Positions 8,846 to 20,473 of a stretch of 64,000 nt of DNA are shown here, piece after piece. Source of the stretch: Diplonema japonicum (Eukaryota > Protista > Euglenozoa: Diplonemea); contig OZ025652.1 of NCBI GenBank assembly GCA_964019335.1, positions 682,001 to 746,000 of the forward strand, read 5' to 3'. The notes under the pieces were generated by a model. It made no database searches and had not been told where the DNA came from. It worked only from the letters and a program-made list of their open reading frames with translations. Positions within the stretch are counted from its first letter, which is position 1, and the number at the start of each line of letters is the position of its first letter. A program made the position numbers and the translations under genes.

Positions 8846-11557
8846 CTAAGGTTCGTTCCGGTTGAAGCCCTGCGACCGCTTCTTTGTAGAAGTAAGAAGG
8901 TTCGCGAGGCCAGGAGTGAAAGGGCTCTGGCCCTCATCGTCTGAGGATGGCGTGTCGTGCAGGGCCTTGTGAAGAAGGGTTGCCTGCTCGATCCCCATCT
9001 CTGAAGCGGTGTTGAGATGGTCCAAGCCGGCTGCTTTGTCATGTCTGCAACCCTCGCCAGACAGCTCGCACAGCGAAAGGCGGAACATCGCATGGGAGTA
9101 GCCCTGCTCGGCCGCACGTGTCCACCACCGCACGGCCTCTTTCTTATTCTCCTTGATGCCCTCGCCCGTGAACAAGCACGTTGCCAGATTGTGCATGGCA
9201 ACTGGCATACCTTTCAAGGCGGCTTTTCGGTACCAGTGAACTGCCATCTTCGGGTGCAGTGGCAGCCCTAACCCGTGTTCAAAGCACACCCCTAACACGT
9301 TCTGAGCACCGCTATGCGTCACGACACTAGAGTCCGCCACCCTCCAGAACCACTGCGCCGCTGTTTGGTGGTCAAGCTCGACGTTGATGCCGAAGAAGTA
9401 CTGCAGACCCAAACAATACTGCGCCTCGAGAATCTGACCTACCACGCCCCCCCCTACCTGCCCTCTGATGCCACCCGTGAATGGTGCCCTTTTCAAGTAC
9501 ATCACAGTGTTCCCTATCTTTCCGTTGTCGCTCTCCACTGTGCTTGGCTTCTTCCGTATCGATTCCATGTCTGAACCCGACATCTCCACCGTGTCCAACA
9601 TCACTTCGTTGTCAATCTCGGTGTCATCTTCTTCCATCGCCTCACGACCAGAGTCACAGTGCCCTTTCTCTGCTAGAACTTTCAGGACAAGTTCACACTC
9701 AGCCTGCGAGTTGCTCTCACCGATGAGTTGTATTGCCGCCTCCTCTCCTTGGAACACCCAGTTTGCCAAGTTGATTCTCTTTTTATTGGACTCTGCATTA
9801 CCCTGTTTTCCACTTTTCCTCCATAGTTCGAGAGCCTTCCTAGTATTGACTGCAATGCCTTCGCCTGTGAAGAGGCAGCACGCTAAGTTGTGCATGGCTG
9901 CGGGGTTTTCTTGTCTCGCAGCATTGCGCAGCCACGCCATGCCTGATTTAGTATTCTGCTTGCACCCTTCGCCGTGCAGCATGCAAAGGGCGAGAGAGTT
10001 CTGTGCCTCTGGGTATCCTTTGGACGCCGCCTGCCGAACCCACTCCAACGCTTCTTTTTTTTCGTCTGTGAAGGAACCTGTGTACTGTTTCAAGCGCTCT
10101 GTCAATTCACCCTGCCAAGCAGGCCAAATGTCCTTGCGTCCGTGATCCTGGTAAATCATATCAGGCGCCTTGCTGAGGGTGCCGCTGAATGCTGTGTCGA
10201 CACTTTCATCATCCGAGCTGGCGTCGTCGATGCAAGTGTAGGTGCCGCAGAAGAGGATGACACCTAAGGAGTGCTGCGCCTCCACAAGGCCCTGGTCTGC
10301 TGCTTTCCGGATAAGCTCCGTGGCTTTCTTGGTTTCGGTTTTGAGTTCACGTTTCCCTAAACAATACAGTGCCTTGGCGTGGCCTGCTGCTGCGCTGCGT
10401 TTCAACCACTGCAAACCCTCTTCAGCCTCTTGCCTTGTACTGTTACCGCTGTTTAGTAAAGCATACCCCAACCTGTACTGGGCAGCAACGTGTCCCAAGC
10501 CAGCAGCAACATGCCACCGCCGTATTGCAGCGGCTCTTGAGTCGCGTCCTTGGTCGTACAAAATGCAACCCATGTTGTGAGGGGCAGCGGCAGATCCCAG
10601 AGACGTAGCAATCGAGAACTGCTCCATTGCGTGGTCGATATCTTTAGCGATGCCCCTTCTGTCCTCTGCGTAAACTACGCCTAGCATGTTCCACGCTTTG
10701 TGGCAGTCACCGGATGCCGCTTTCTTGAACCACCGCACGGCTTCTTCAAAATTAGCTTTCGTGCCGAGCCCGATGAAATATTTCAACCCGCAGAAATAAT
10801 GGTGCTCAGTGCGTCCATCCTGGTCGAGAATGCGTTGCTCAAGCCTTGTGAGGATCTTCCTAATGCTGGCGCTGGTTGCGCCTCGGAAGTGCTTGTCGCT
10901 GCTGATGAGGTCGTCATGCGTGAAGCGCGACCAGCCTGTCATGGACTGCGGTGAGGAGGACTCGTCCAACAGGTCTGTTGTTATGACAGACAGCTTGCCC
11001 TCTAGGTTGTATGCTCCTTTCATGTTTTCTTCCCTGAATACTATCTCTATTTGCCCACGTGCGGTGTCGCACTCGTGGAGGATGGCGTGCCGTTCCTTCA
11101 TGCACGCATCTTCAAGCATCCGCTTGGACTCCATGCGCCACGCGTGCTCGATGTCCCTGTCAGGTGTCACGTTCAGTGCCACAGCACAGCCTTCGAAGCG
11201 GACCGCGAGCCTTGCTCTATCTGGAGCCAGGCCTAAAACCAAGCCTGTGCACCCTTCGCGCACCAGTGGCTCAGCTTTCACTCCATACAGGTCACGAGTA
11301 GCCTCCACTGACTGCCCCTTCCGCCACCGCACAAAAGGCTGCACATCCGTCCTGTGCACATTCAGGTTGCCATTCGGAGAGCTGTCAAACCTTATAACTA
11401 GCTTGCACCTGTTTTGTGTCACTCCCAACACAACGCCACGATCACCATTCCTAACTATTATCTTTCCAAAGACCTCCAGGTCACGCGACGCCCTGATGTG
11501 CTCGCCAGTCCTCAACCCAAAGAGGTACGTGTAGCTTGGGTCCGGGGCATTCGGCAT
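8846..11557 (-). CDS. Sel1-like repeat protein with two N-terminal SH3-like repeats
   Basis: Many AQxxLGxxxxxGxG...AxxWxxKAAxQG repeats; duplicated N-terminal RDL..G..G.VLG...L.VRF...LNV module. Confidence 0.88.
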   Translation of the reverse strand: MPNAPDPSYTYLFGLRTGEHIRASRDLEVFGKIIVRNGDRGVVLGVTQNRCKLVIRFDSSPNGNLNVHRTDVQPFVRWRKGQSVEATRDLYGVKAEPLVREGCTGLVLGLAPDRARLAVRFEGCAVALNVTPDRDIEHAWRMESKRMLEDACMKERHAILHECDTARGQIEIVFREENMKGAYNLEGKLSVITTDLLDESSSPQSMTGWSRFTHDDLISSDKHFRGATSASIRKILTRLEQRILDQDGRTEHHYFCGLKYFIGLGTKANFEEAVRWFKKAASGDCHKAWNMLGVVYAEDRRGIAKDIDHAMEQFSIATSLGSAAAPHNMGCILYDQGRDSRAAAIRRWHVAAGLGHVAAQYRLGYALLNSGNSTRQEAEEGLQWLKRSAAAGHAKALYCLGKRELKTETKKATELIRKAADQGLVEAQHSLGVILFCGTYTCIDDASSDDESVDTAFSGTLSKAPDMIYQDHGRKDIWPAWQGELTERLKQYTGSFTDEKKEALEWVRQAASKGYPEAQNSLALCMLHGEGCKQNTKSGMAWLRNAARQENPAAMHNLACCLFTGEGIAVNTRKALELWRKSGKQGNAESNKKRINLANWVFQGEEAAIQLIGESNSQAECELVLKVLAEKGHCDSGREAMEEDDTEIDNEVMLDTVEMSGSDMESIRKKPSTVESDNGKIGNTVMYLKRAPFTGGIRGQVGGGVVGQILEAQYCLGLQYFFGINVELDHQTAAQWFWRVADSSVVTHSGAQNVLGVCFEHGLGLPLHPKMAVHWYRKAALKGMPVAMHNLATCLFTGEGIKENKKEAVRWWTRAAEQGYSHAMFRLSLCELSGEGCRHDKAAGLDHLNTASEMGIEQATLLHKALHDTPSSDDEGQSPFTPGLANLLTSTKKRSQGFNRNEP

Positions 11558-11611
11558 TTAACACCTGTGGTGACAAAATAAACGCACATAACACAAATGC
11601 CTAACAGGTAT

Positions 11612-12661
11612 CTAACCACAATTGAGGCCGGAGTAAAGTTCAAGAAAGCGATGTGAGGGTTCGAGGCCTGCGTAGGTGAGCTTCGATCGGAGGCGTCGGG
11701 CAGCTCCTCTGTTGCGGAGGGCCGCGTAGTGACACAGCATGGCGTCATAAAGTAATTCACAGTCACGGTGCTGGACAAGGGCTTCGCTGAAGAGGGATTC
11801 CATCACTGTGAGGATCACACTATTTGTACTGTGGGATGCACCACGGATGTAAAGGGAGTACACGCAGGCTGTGAGGGGGACCTTGTCCTGACGCATGGCG
11901 ATGTACAGGGCTTCAAGTTCAGTAAAGACAGCAACAGGCTCCTTGCACATGGCAGTGAAGGCAGCCTCGTACCACTGGATGGTAGGCACGATGTTCCGCC
12001 GTGCCATGGCGTCTCTGAGTGGCAACATGCCAGAGTTCCCCACATGCCTTGCCATGATGGTATAGGTCACTGTGTCGGGGAACAAACGGTGCTTCACGAG
12101 GTACTGCTCGACGTCAGCCAGCAACGTGAAAGACGACAGGATTGTGTTGTGGTGCCGCATGTTGAGCTCCACACCGTTGCTTCTCATCACGTTGGTGATT
12201 TTGCGGAGGAGATTGGCGTCCCTCTTGGCGACAGATAAGAGGAGAGCATACACGTGACCATCAGGGGCATGCCCTGCATGTTCCATTTGTTTCAAACAAG
12301 ACAGTGCCCCTTCGAGATCTCTTTCGTTCTTGTAGGCCTTCAGCAGAGAAGTCCAATGCTCACGTGTGGCTTTATACCCAGATTGCCGCATTTTGTTAAA
12401 TACCGATTGTGCCTTACTGCTCTGTGCTTGCGAGTAGAACTCGATAGCGGTCTGGTACGTGTCGGGTCCCATTCTCACCGTCTTCATGGCCTCTTCGAAG
12501 GACTTTGTGACGTGTTTCTTGTTCCCTTTTGTGTTTCGAGCCTGTTTCACAAATCTTCCCAATCGCCTTGCAGACTTGCTGTCTTCAATCAGCGTGGGAT
12601 ACTGTAGACACCCCCTCCTTTGCTCGGTTGTCTTTCTCACTACAGCTAACCGAGTAGTCAT
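11612..12661 (-). CDS. Pentatricopeptide repeat (PPR) protein, probably mitochondrial
   Basis: ~35-aa repeats (WTSLLKAY..ALSCLKQMEHAGHAPD, PDTVTYTIM, PTIQWYEAAF); basic N-terminus. Confidence 0.8.
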   Translation of the reverse strand: MTTRLAVVRKTTEQRRGCLQYPTLIEDSKSARRLGRFVKQARNTKGNKKHVTKSFEEAMKTVRMGPDTYQTAIEFYSQAQSSKAQSVFNKMRQSGYKATREHWTSLLKAYKNERDLEGALSCLKQMEHAGHAPDGHVYALLLSVAKRDANLLRKITNVMRSNGVELNMRHHNTILSSFTLLADVEQYLVKHRLFPDTVTYTIMARHVGNSGMLPLRDAMARRNIVPTIQWYEAAFTAMCKEPVAVFTELEALYIAMRQDKVPLTACVYSLYIRGASHSTNSVILTVMESLFSEALVQHRDCELLYDAMLCHYAALRNRGAARRLRSKLTYAGLEPSHRFLELYSGLNCG

Positions 12662-14099
12662 TCGTAAGCAGTGTAAGGGTGTATGCCTGTTACATTTTAT
12701 TTATTCTCTTAAAACGTTTATTCAAAAAAAAGAATAGGGGGACAGGGGGAGGGAAGAAAAGATGGAGGGATGAACGGTGGTGGAACATTTTACTAACAAA
12801 AAAAGGGGGGGGGAGGGAGGGGGAGGACAACAGAAGAAATCAAAGCCCGCACGTAGAAGAGAGAAAAAGAAAAAAAAAAAGAGAAAAAAGTAAAGGGGCA
12901 AAGGGGGACGATCATTTGCTACGTGTACGAAGTCGGGAAGTAAAGAAAAAATAAAAAAAAGAGTGCAATTTGTGGGTATGGGTTAAAGGGTGACTACAAG
13001 GGGAGGAAAAAAAAAGAGGGGGGCAGAAAAGGAACAAAGAGAGGAAGGCAGGCTATATCTTCAACAAATAAAACAAAAAAACCCCCACCCAGGGCAACAC
13101 TATTCTTCAATAAACACCTTATTGTTCCAATCTCGGACTCTGGGGGAAAAGAAAATGGAAACACTCAAACACCCATTCATGGGGAGGGAAAGAGGAGGGG
13201 GGAAAGGGGATTCTTTTTTTTTTCTTTCTTCCTTCCAAAGAAGGCCTTCACGCTGCTGCCTTTCATTGGTCACCTGTTTTTAGATATCTGGACACCTGGT
13301 CCTTGTTGGGGAAGAAGGAAATGACCAAAAAAAAAAGTGTTTAATAGCTTTTTTTTTATCTTGTTCTATTCCTACACAAAAAAAAAGGAGGGGGGAGTTA
13401 TGGTCATTGCAACTTGAGAAGCCAGCAAAGAAATCTCAAAAAAGTAAAACATAAATCCCCACCATCACAAAGTGTGTGGAGTTGCTTTAAATCTCAAAAA
13501 AAGAATAAGGGGAGGGGAGGGGGCAAATATTTTTTGCACCCAATATATTTGCAATTTTTTTTTTAATTCTTTAAAGATTTCTAATGACCATCGCCCATAT
13601 TCTTTTAAAACCTCTGCCCTACTTGCACCGGATTAAGAAGGAAAAAAAAAAAAAGAGAGGGTTATCAACTTACAAAAAAGAACAAAACTTACCCCCTTGA
13701 GGTACGTATTACCTGGGCCTGCAAGCTGTGGGCAAAAAAAAAAAATGATAATCAACTTTCGGATATGGGGGCGCTTTTTTTTTTTTTTTTTTTGAAATAA
13801 CAACAAAAATTGGGACGAGAGTGTGTACGGAGGGACGGGCGGGGAGGGGGGGGGGGGGGGGGGGGGGCACAAAGGGTAAATACAATAGTAATCATCATTA
13901 AGAGCATATGATTTCTTTTTTTCTTCTTTTTCTTTTTTTTTTCTTTCAATTTGTTTCATTCTTTTCATTTCTTTTATGGTAGGAGGAATGGAGGGCGGAG
14001 AAGTAAAATGTGTCAAATCGCAAAGATACAGGTTTTCTCTTTTTTTTTTTTGAAATATCCTAGGGAAAGAGAAGAACCAAAACCCGTCCCTCACCCTCC

Positions 14100-17000
14100 C
14101 TAATAGTACGCGTTGACTGAGGCAGTACTGAACTCACCCCGAGGGGAAGCAGGACGCCCAGCAACGTACTCCGTAGGGGAAGTTGTGCGAGGTGACTCAA
14201 GGCCTCTAGGAGTCATAGGAATTTGCGCAGGGGTACGAGTCCAACGTCCAGTACCAGTGGCCTTCCCGAAAGAGGATGGTTTGTACTTAGAAAACCTCTT
14301 CCCGTCAGGGACGAAGAAGGATGGGGAGGTACCGAGATGAAGCAGTTCGTACTCTGTGAACATGTTAGCAATAAGCCACTTCTCTCCGTTCATGACATCG
14401 ACAACCTCCGTTCGGATAGATCCGATATTGTCGAGCAGCTCCCTTCTTGTCTTCTCCTTCACAGAGACCTCCTTTCCGAACTTATCAATAGTCTTCTTGC
14501 AGTGCACGCACATCTTGTACAAGTCGTACAACACCTTCAGAAGCGATCTCCTTGACTCCATCACGAACGACATTGCGTGGAGCTTCTCCGTCAGCGCCTG
14601 TGTCTGCCCCATCAGGGCACCGTTCTCCTCGTGCAGCTGCTGGTTCAATCCACCAATCTGTGTGTTGTAAAAAAAAAAAAAAAAAAAAAAAGCAAATGCT
14701 CACCTTTGCGTACTGCTCTTCCTTGTACTTGTAGTAGTAGATCAACTCGTTGGTCGGCAGCTGCGACGGGTTCTTGTTCTTCTCCCAGATCATCGCCTGT
14801 AGGAATGGGGTGTGTTGTGTTGTGTTGTGTTGTGTTGTGTTTTGTTTTCTCCTACCTGCTCTTGGTCGGCGTGTTTGATGTTGTTCTCCAACCCTTGGAT
14901 GTGGTTCAGCAGGCCCCTCTGCTTGTCGCTGAACAGACGGAGCGAGTCATCACGTCTCTCGACCTGTCGTGTGTTGTGTTGAGTGCACTGCAGTTGTAAT
15001 ACCATTTCCCTGAATTTGTTGATCTCTTCGGTTTGTTTATCCTCGAAGAGAGCAAGCTTGCGCCTGTGTAGCTTTGCTTTGTGTGATTTGTGTGCATACT
15101 CCAGCTCGTTGCTGAGCTGCTCCTTGCGGATTTCCTCACGACGGATCATGTCTTCTTCCTTCCTCGCAGAGCTTCTCACCAGATTTGCAAGCTCCCTCTG
15201 CAGGGCTGCCACTTGCTCGTCCCTGTTATGAGGTATGGCACTTGCATTAGACATACGTTGTCCCTTCACCGAAGTTTCTGCTGAGGAGGTCTACCTTTTC
15301 CAGGAGCGACGCCGCATGGTCCCTCTTGGTGTCCACATCCTGCTGGAGGCGTTCGATGTGGTCGTTAGCATCGTCAAGCTTGCTGTGGAGCTCGCGTGCC
15401 TGTTTGTGTTGTTTTTTAAAACAAAAACTACCTGGTTGCGGTCTAGGGCGCCACTACCCGACTGCCTGCCGCCCTGGCCGTAGTTGTCACCACCAGTGGA
15501 GCTTGCAAGGGACTGCGCACCAGAGAAGTTCGCGCCGTGGAGGGGAGCACCCTCGACAACAGCCCTCCCACGTGGGGTAACCGTCACAACAAGAGGCTGG
15601 CCGTCGGGTGTCTCTGGGCGGCCAAGCGGCCCGACAACAACAGGGAATCCGTCAGGGCCGATAGCCAATTTGCCGTCAGGGCCAACAATGCTGCGGCCGT
15701 CAGGGCCGACAGTGACAGGCACGTCGGAGCTAGGGCCAGTGATGATCCTGCCATCGTGACCAGCAACAGGCGTACCAGGCGGGAGGCACCCATCCATGGT
15801 GTGGTCTGGCCTGACAAGAATGGCGATGGGGCCATCCTTGTCAACAGGCGTGCCATGGCCAGAGACAGTTACAGGTGTAGAGCCATCGGGTCCAGTAACC
15901 ACGTTGCCGTCGGGGCCGTACACAGTGCCATTGTTGTCCCCAATCGCCACAATACCCTCGGGAGTAGCAATGGGTCTGGTGTCAGAACCACACACAACAA
16001 TGGTGCCGTCCTCAAGCTGTGGCCTTCCGCCAATAGGCTCGACGACCTTCCTGCCATCCGAAGACTGCAGGGGCAAGCCATTGGGGCCGATGGGGATCAC
16101 CATGGGGTCGTTGTGGTCGTCCAGCACGATGGCTGAGCCGTATTCTGTCACACCCACGATGCGCCTGCCGTCGCTGTCACGGGGGCGTTCGCCCTTGATC
16201 CACGTCACAGGAGCGCCGCTGGTACCGAGAACATCCTTACCCTGCCAAGTAAGGACACCATTCTTGTTCAGGGCGCATGGCACACCATCAGGCGTCCCCA
16301 AGGCAACATCGTCACCCTCCCTAGCAACGTCTCTGCCTCTGCTGTACTCCCTTGAAGTACCTGAATCCCTCCTGCGGTCTCCGTATCTGTCGCTCCCGTC
16401 ACCATGTCTGCCGCCTTCCCCGTGTCTGCCACCATCCCCGTACCTGTCGTCCCCGTCACCGTGTCTGCCACCATCCCCGTACCTGTCGTCCCCGTCACCG
16501 TGTCTGCCACCATCCCCGTACCTGTCGCTTTCGTCACCGTACCTACCCTTGTTGTCTCTGTACCTGTCTCCGTCGTCACCGAATCTGTTCCTGTCATCAC
16601 CGTACCTGCGCGCGCTGTCTCGGCCGTCACCATGCCCATACCCATCATCGCTGGCTCCGTCGCCCTCTTCACCGAGCACAACGGCAAGGATTTCGCCATC
16701 TTCAGTGAGCCTGAGGTCAATGGGCCTGCCAGAGCCGTCCTCGAAGGTTCCGTCATCATTCATGGTGACCCACGACCCATCGGTGCCCATCACGGGCTTG
16801 CCTTTGTAGAGGAGCAGACCGTCGTCCCTCACCTCCAAGACACCGGGCATGATAGCCTCGTCCTCATCATTGCATACATCTCTAGTATCAAGCTCGTTGC
16901 CAATATCTTCATTGTAGGTCCACTCGTTGGTGTTCTTGTTGAAAACCCAGTCTTCGGGCCTATCTTCCTCCTTAGGACGCACACTGGTAATAGCCAGACT

Positions 17001-19946
17001 TTCCCTCCTGCGGTCGTGCTTGAACGCAGATTCCCCATCTTCATCGTCGCTGCCTCCTTCTTTACGGGTGTGGAGCTTCCTGTAAATGAATTAATTATGT
17101 TTAGCTTTAGCATACTGCGTAAGGGATTCACCCTTCTTCTTGCCGCGAGTGTTGTAGTGTTCCTCGCCGCCATCACCGCTCCTCTCGTTGAGTCTTCCCT
17201 GTGGTGTGTTGGTTGTGGTGATATCTTCAAACCTCAAGGTATTTGGCCTTGGCCCGGGCCTCAGCGAGCTGCCTTGCCATGGAGTCCCTGTTGTCGTAAC
17301 CGCCGATAGAGGTGGCATCGCCTTCGTTGGGGTACCTGTCATCCTGTCTGGTGTGCTCGTTCTTGTAGTGTGTTTCCCCACCGTGCTCAGGCCTGTAGAT
17401 ACGGTGAGCCTCCTCCCCATCGTCACTCTTCATCTCGCTGCCGCCACGGCCTCCACGTCCGTCGTGGTCGTAGTCATCACGTCCACCACCACCGCGGCCA
17501 TCACGGTTGTCCCCGTCACCATAGCGGTTTTCGCCGTCACCATAGCGGCCTTCGCCCCCGTGGCCGTGCTCGTCGCCTTGCTTTCCGTCATCGCCGTAGC
17601 GGCTGTAGCCCCCGCTCGGCCTGCGCCCGCCGAGGTCGGAGTTCCTGCGCTCCTGACGGATTTTCTCTCTTGCGTCACGAAGGTCATCCTTTAGGTCCTT
17701 GTTCATCTGTTCAGCTTCGTCAACAACCTGTCGCGTTGTTGTGATTGATGTTAGTGCATACCCTCTTCCCTTGCTGGCGCAACTTGAAAATCTCGTCATC
17801 CTTGCGCTCAGTGTCCTTGTCCAAATCCTGGAGCCTGGCAGCCAACTGCTTGTTCTCGGTGATCTGCAGTGAGTGTGTTACGCGGCAAGCCATACCAATG
17901 CACCCACCCTCTCGGTGATGGAACCCGAGCGCATGCGCTCACCCCCAGAGACGCTCATCTTGTCAAGAGTCTTGGTGAGCTCCTCAAGCTTAGCATTGGC
18001 CCTGCTGGCGTCCGACAGCTCTTGCTCGAGCCTGGCAATCCTCCTGATTAATAATGACAAAGGGTTGTTTGTGCATACTTGATATTGTCCTCCTCTCTGA
18101 TGGCACTGTCTTTTCTCACCTGCACCAGCTCCTTCTGGTGAGCAAGGTTCATTCCAGAAGACTTAGACTTCTCGATAGACAGCTCGCGCTGCAGTTCATC
18201 CACCTTGTCGTCGTGGCGCTTCATGTTGTTCTCGAGGTAAGCATTTTTGTTCTGCACAGTAGAGAGGTCCTGCCTTGTGGTCGCAAGGGTAGCCCTCTTG
18301 TCAGCAAGCTCGTTCTGCAGCTCCTCAACTTCCTTCTTCAGCTTGTCAATCCTCACTTCCTGTTCGGTGCTGTGCACCTTGTAGTCTTCTTCCATCTCCT
18401 TAAGCCTCTCCTTGAGATAGCAAACCTCTTGCTTCTTCTTATCAAGCTGCGGGCGGAGTAGCTCTTCAGGGTCGTAGTCAGCACTGCACTCAGCGTTCCA
18501 GATCTTTATCTGCCCCTCCATGCCGGTGGTCCACACCCTCACGAGGACGCTCTTGTGGATGACAGGCATGTTGGTGATGTAGCCGGTGTGGTTGTTAGCG
18601 TACTGCGCAACAGGCGGCTGGCCGATGTCACGTGCGGACCACATGAAAATTGTGCCTGCAGACGATGTCCAGACCTTGTCACCCACAAGAGTCATGGAGT
18701 TAATGGCACCGCTGTGCGGCTCTCTGAGCACACAGCAGCACTCACCAGTGTCGATGTTCCAGATGCGCACGGTCTCGTCTTCACTGCCAGACCAGATGTG
18801 GCGGTCGGTCTTAATCAAGTGGTGCACACCACCGCCGTGACCCCTCCACTCAACTCTGTCCCTGCCATAGATGTCCCACACGGCGATGGAACCGTCGTCG
18901 CTGCCACTGTACAGCACGTCAGCATCGGCGATCAGGCACCTCACACCATTGCTGTGTCCCGAGAACTGGTCGACGCACTCGAAGGTGCGGATGTCCCACT
19001 GGTAGATCTGCCCGTCCTGTCCACCGGAGAACACACAGTGCCCACCAATCTGGGGTACAAGGCAGTGGATCTTGGCCCCAGGCCCGTGGCGCCTCAGGTT
19101 GAGCTTTACCTCATACGGGTATGTAGAGGTGAACACTCTGATCACAGCATCAGTGAACCCAGCCCACACTGTGGCGCCACCGTCGGTCCCGGGGACCTCG
19201 AGGAGCGCTGAGCAGAAGATGTCCTTCTTCTGCTCAGTTGTGCGGACGGCCTTGCCTGTCTTGGCGTTCCAGATCCTGATGGTACCGTCTTTCTCACCAG
19301 TCCACACGTGGCCAGTCGAGACGACTTCGCTGCACGTCGCTTCCGAACCCTCGACAGAGTCCATCTCGCGTGTGCCTCCGAAGAAACCATCTTCGGTAAT
19401 GTTGAATTTCGGGTTGTGCCTGCGCACGAATTGAACAGAGAAATCGGTAAAGGCTTTGGGGCGCATCAGGTAGTCGCTGTTGGAGGACTCATTGCGCCTG
19501 ATCCCAACCGTGTTCCCAGAGGTAGAGCACTGTGTCATGTTGGCGAAGTTGTAGGTGTACAGCTTGCCTCCCTTGCCAGGCAGTTCCACGACACCAGCAC
19601 CGGCAGCGAAGCTCGTCTCGATTCTGATACTCTCTTCGTCCTTGAAGTTGACCCACCCCTTGTCTTCATTGTTGTACTGCCACATGATATCTGTCTTCCC
19701 GGCGGTGGCCCTTGTGTACGCAGACGGGAAGGGCTCGACATCGGCAGGGACAAGTGCGTACCCAGGTGATCCTGCTCTCATCTCACCCCTTGACCTGATG
19801 GGAGAAGCCCCACGAGTGGAAGGTTCCGACGGTCTCGGCGAAGCTTGGTGCAGGACCAAGGCGGAGCCGGAAGCACCGCTCGCATCGAATGGGGCTTTAC
19901 TCAGGTACCGACCTTTCCGGGGGGTGGTACTGGCACCCTTCGGCAT
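14100..19946 (-). CDS. Large (~1800 aa) 11-exon protein: WWE domain, WD40 repeats, coiled coils, G/D/R/Y repeats and GPDG-repeat region
   Basis: Joins seven ORF-track pieces via in-frame GT-AG introns 18044-18078, 17864-17895, 17728-17761, 17199-17232, 17080-17115, 15400-15431, 15223-15256, 14964-15002, 14797-14855, 14658-14703. WWE motif WQYNNEDKGWVNF...YNFANMTQ; WD40 motifs GH...SGSxD. Confidence 0.82.
16385..16560 (-). repeat. 39-bp coding tandem repeat (GDGGRHGDGDDRY) x ~3-4
   Basis: Repeated ccgtgtctgccaccatccccgtacctgtcgtccccgtca units. Confidence 0.85.
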
Positions 19947-20473
19947 TTCTTTTTTTTTTTTTTTTTCCTTTTACGATTTACTGGGATTAAGTTGTCACTC
20001 CTTCTGAAAAGGATTTATTTTCAACTAAATATATAAAAAAAAAAAAAAAAAAACTAATAAACAATCCCTAGCAGCGGGAATACATACAAAAAAAAAAGAA
20101 AAAAAAAAGAAAAAAAAAAAAAAAGGGATAGGTCACAAACATGCCTCTACTCAGGCATGGGAGGATGACAAAGGGGAAATAGAAACAAATTTCGTTTACT
20201 TCGAACTGACCATACGAACATAGGTGAAAGATGGAATACACAAAGTGGCTAAAAACCAAAAAAGAAATTGACCTGATATACAGGATGGTGGCTGTGTAAA
20301 AAAAAAAAAAAAAGGCGGTGGGATCGTGTTCGGTTTGGTGAACCAGAATCATTGCCATAAAAAAAAAAACCCCTCCCCGAAAAAACTGACCCAGTTGAAA
20401 AGGGCCATAGGAGCAGCACTCAAATGACGAAGGGTGAAATAAAATTACCTGCTCGTTTGCACTTGAAAACAGC

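Noticed and set aside
15796-16809. Long plus-strand ORFs (also 2605-3420, 20640-21593, 27319-28128, 43947-44771)
   Set aside because: Antisense shadows of GC-rich minus-strand genes; no recognisable domains.
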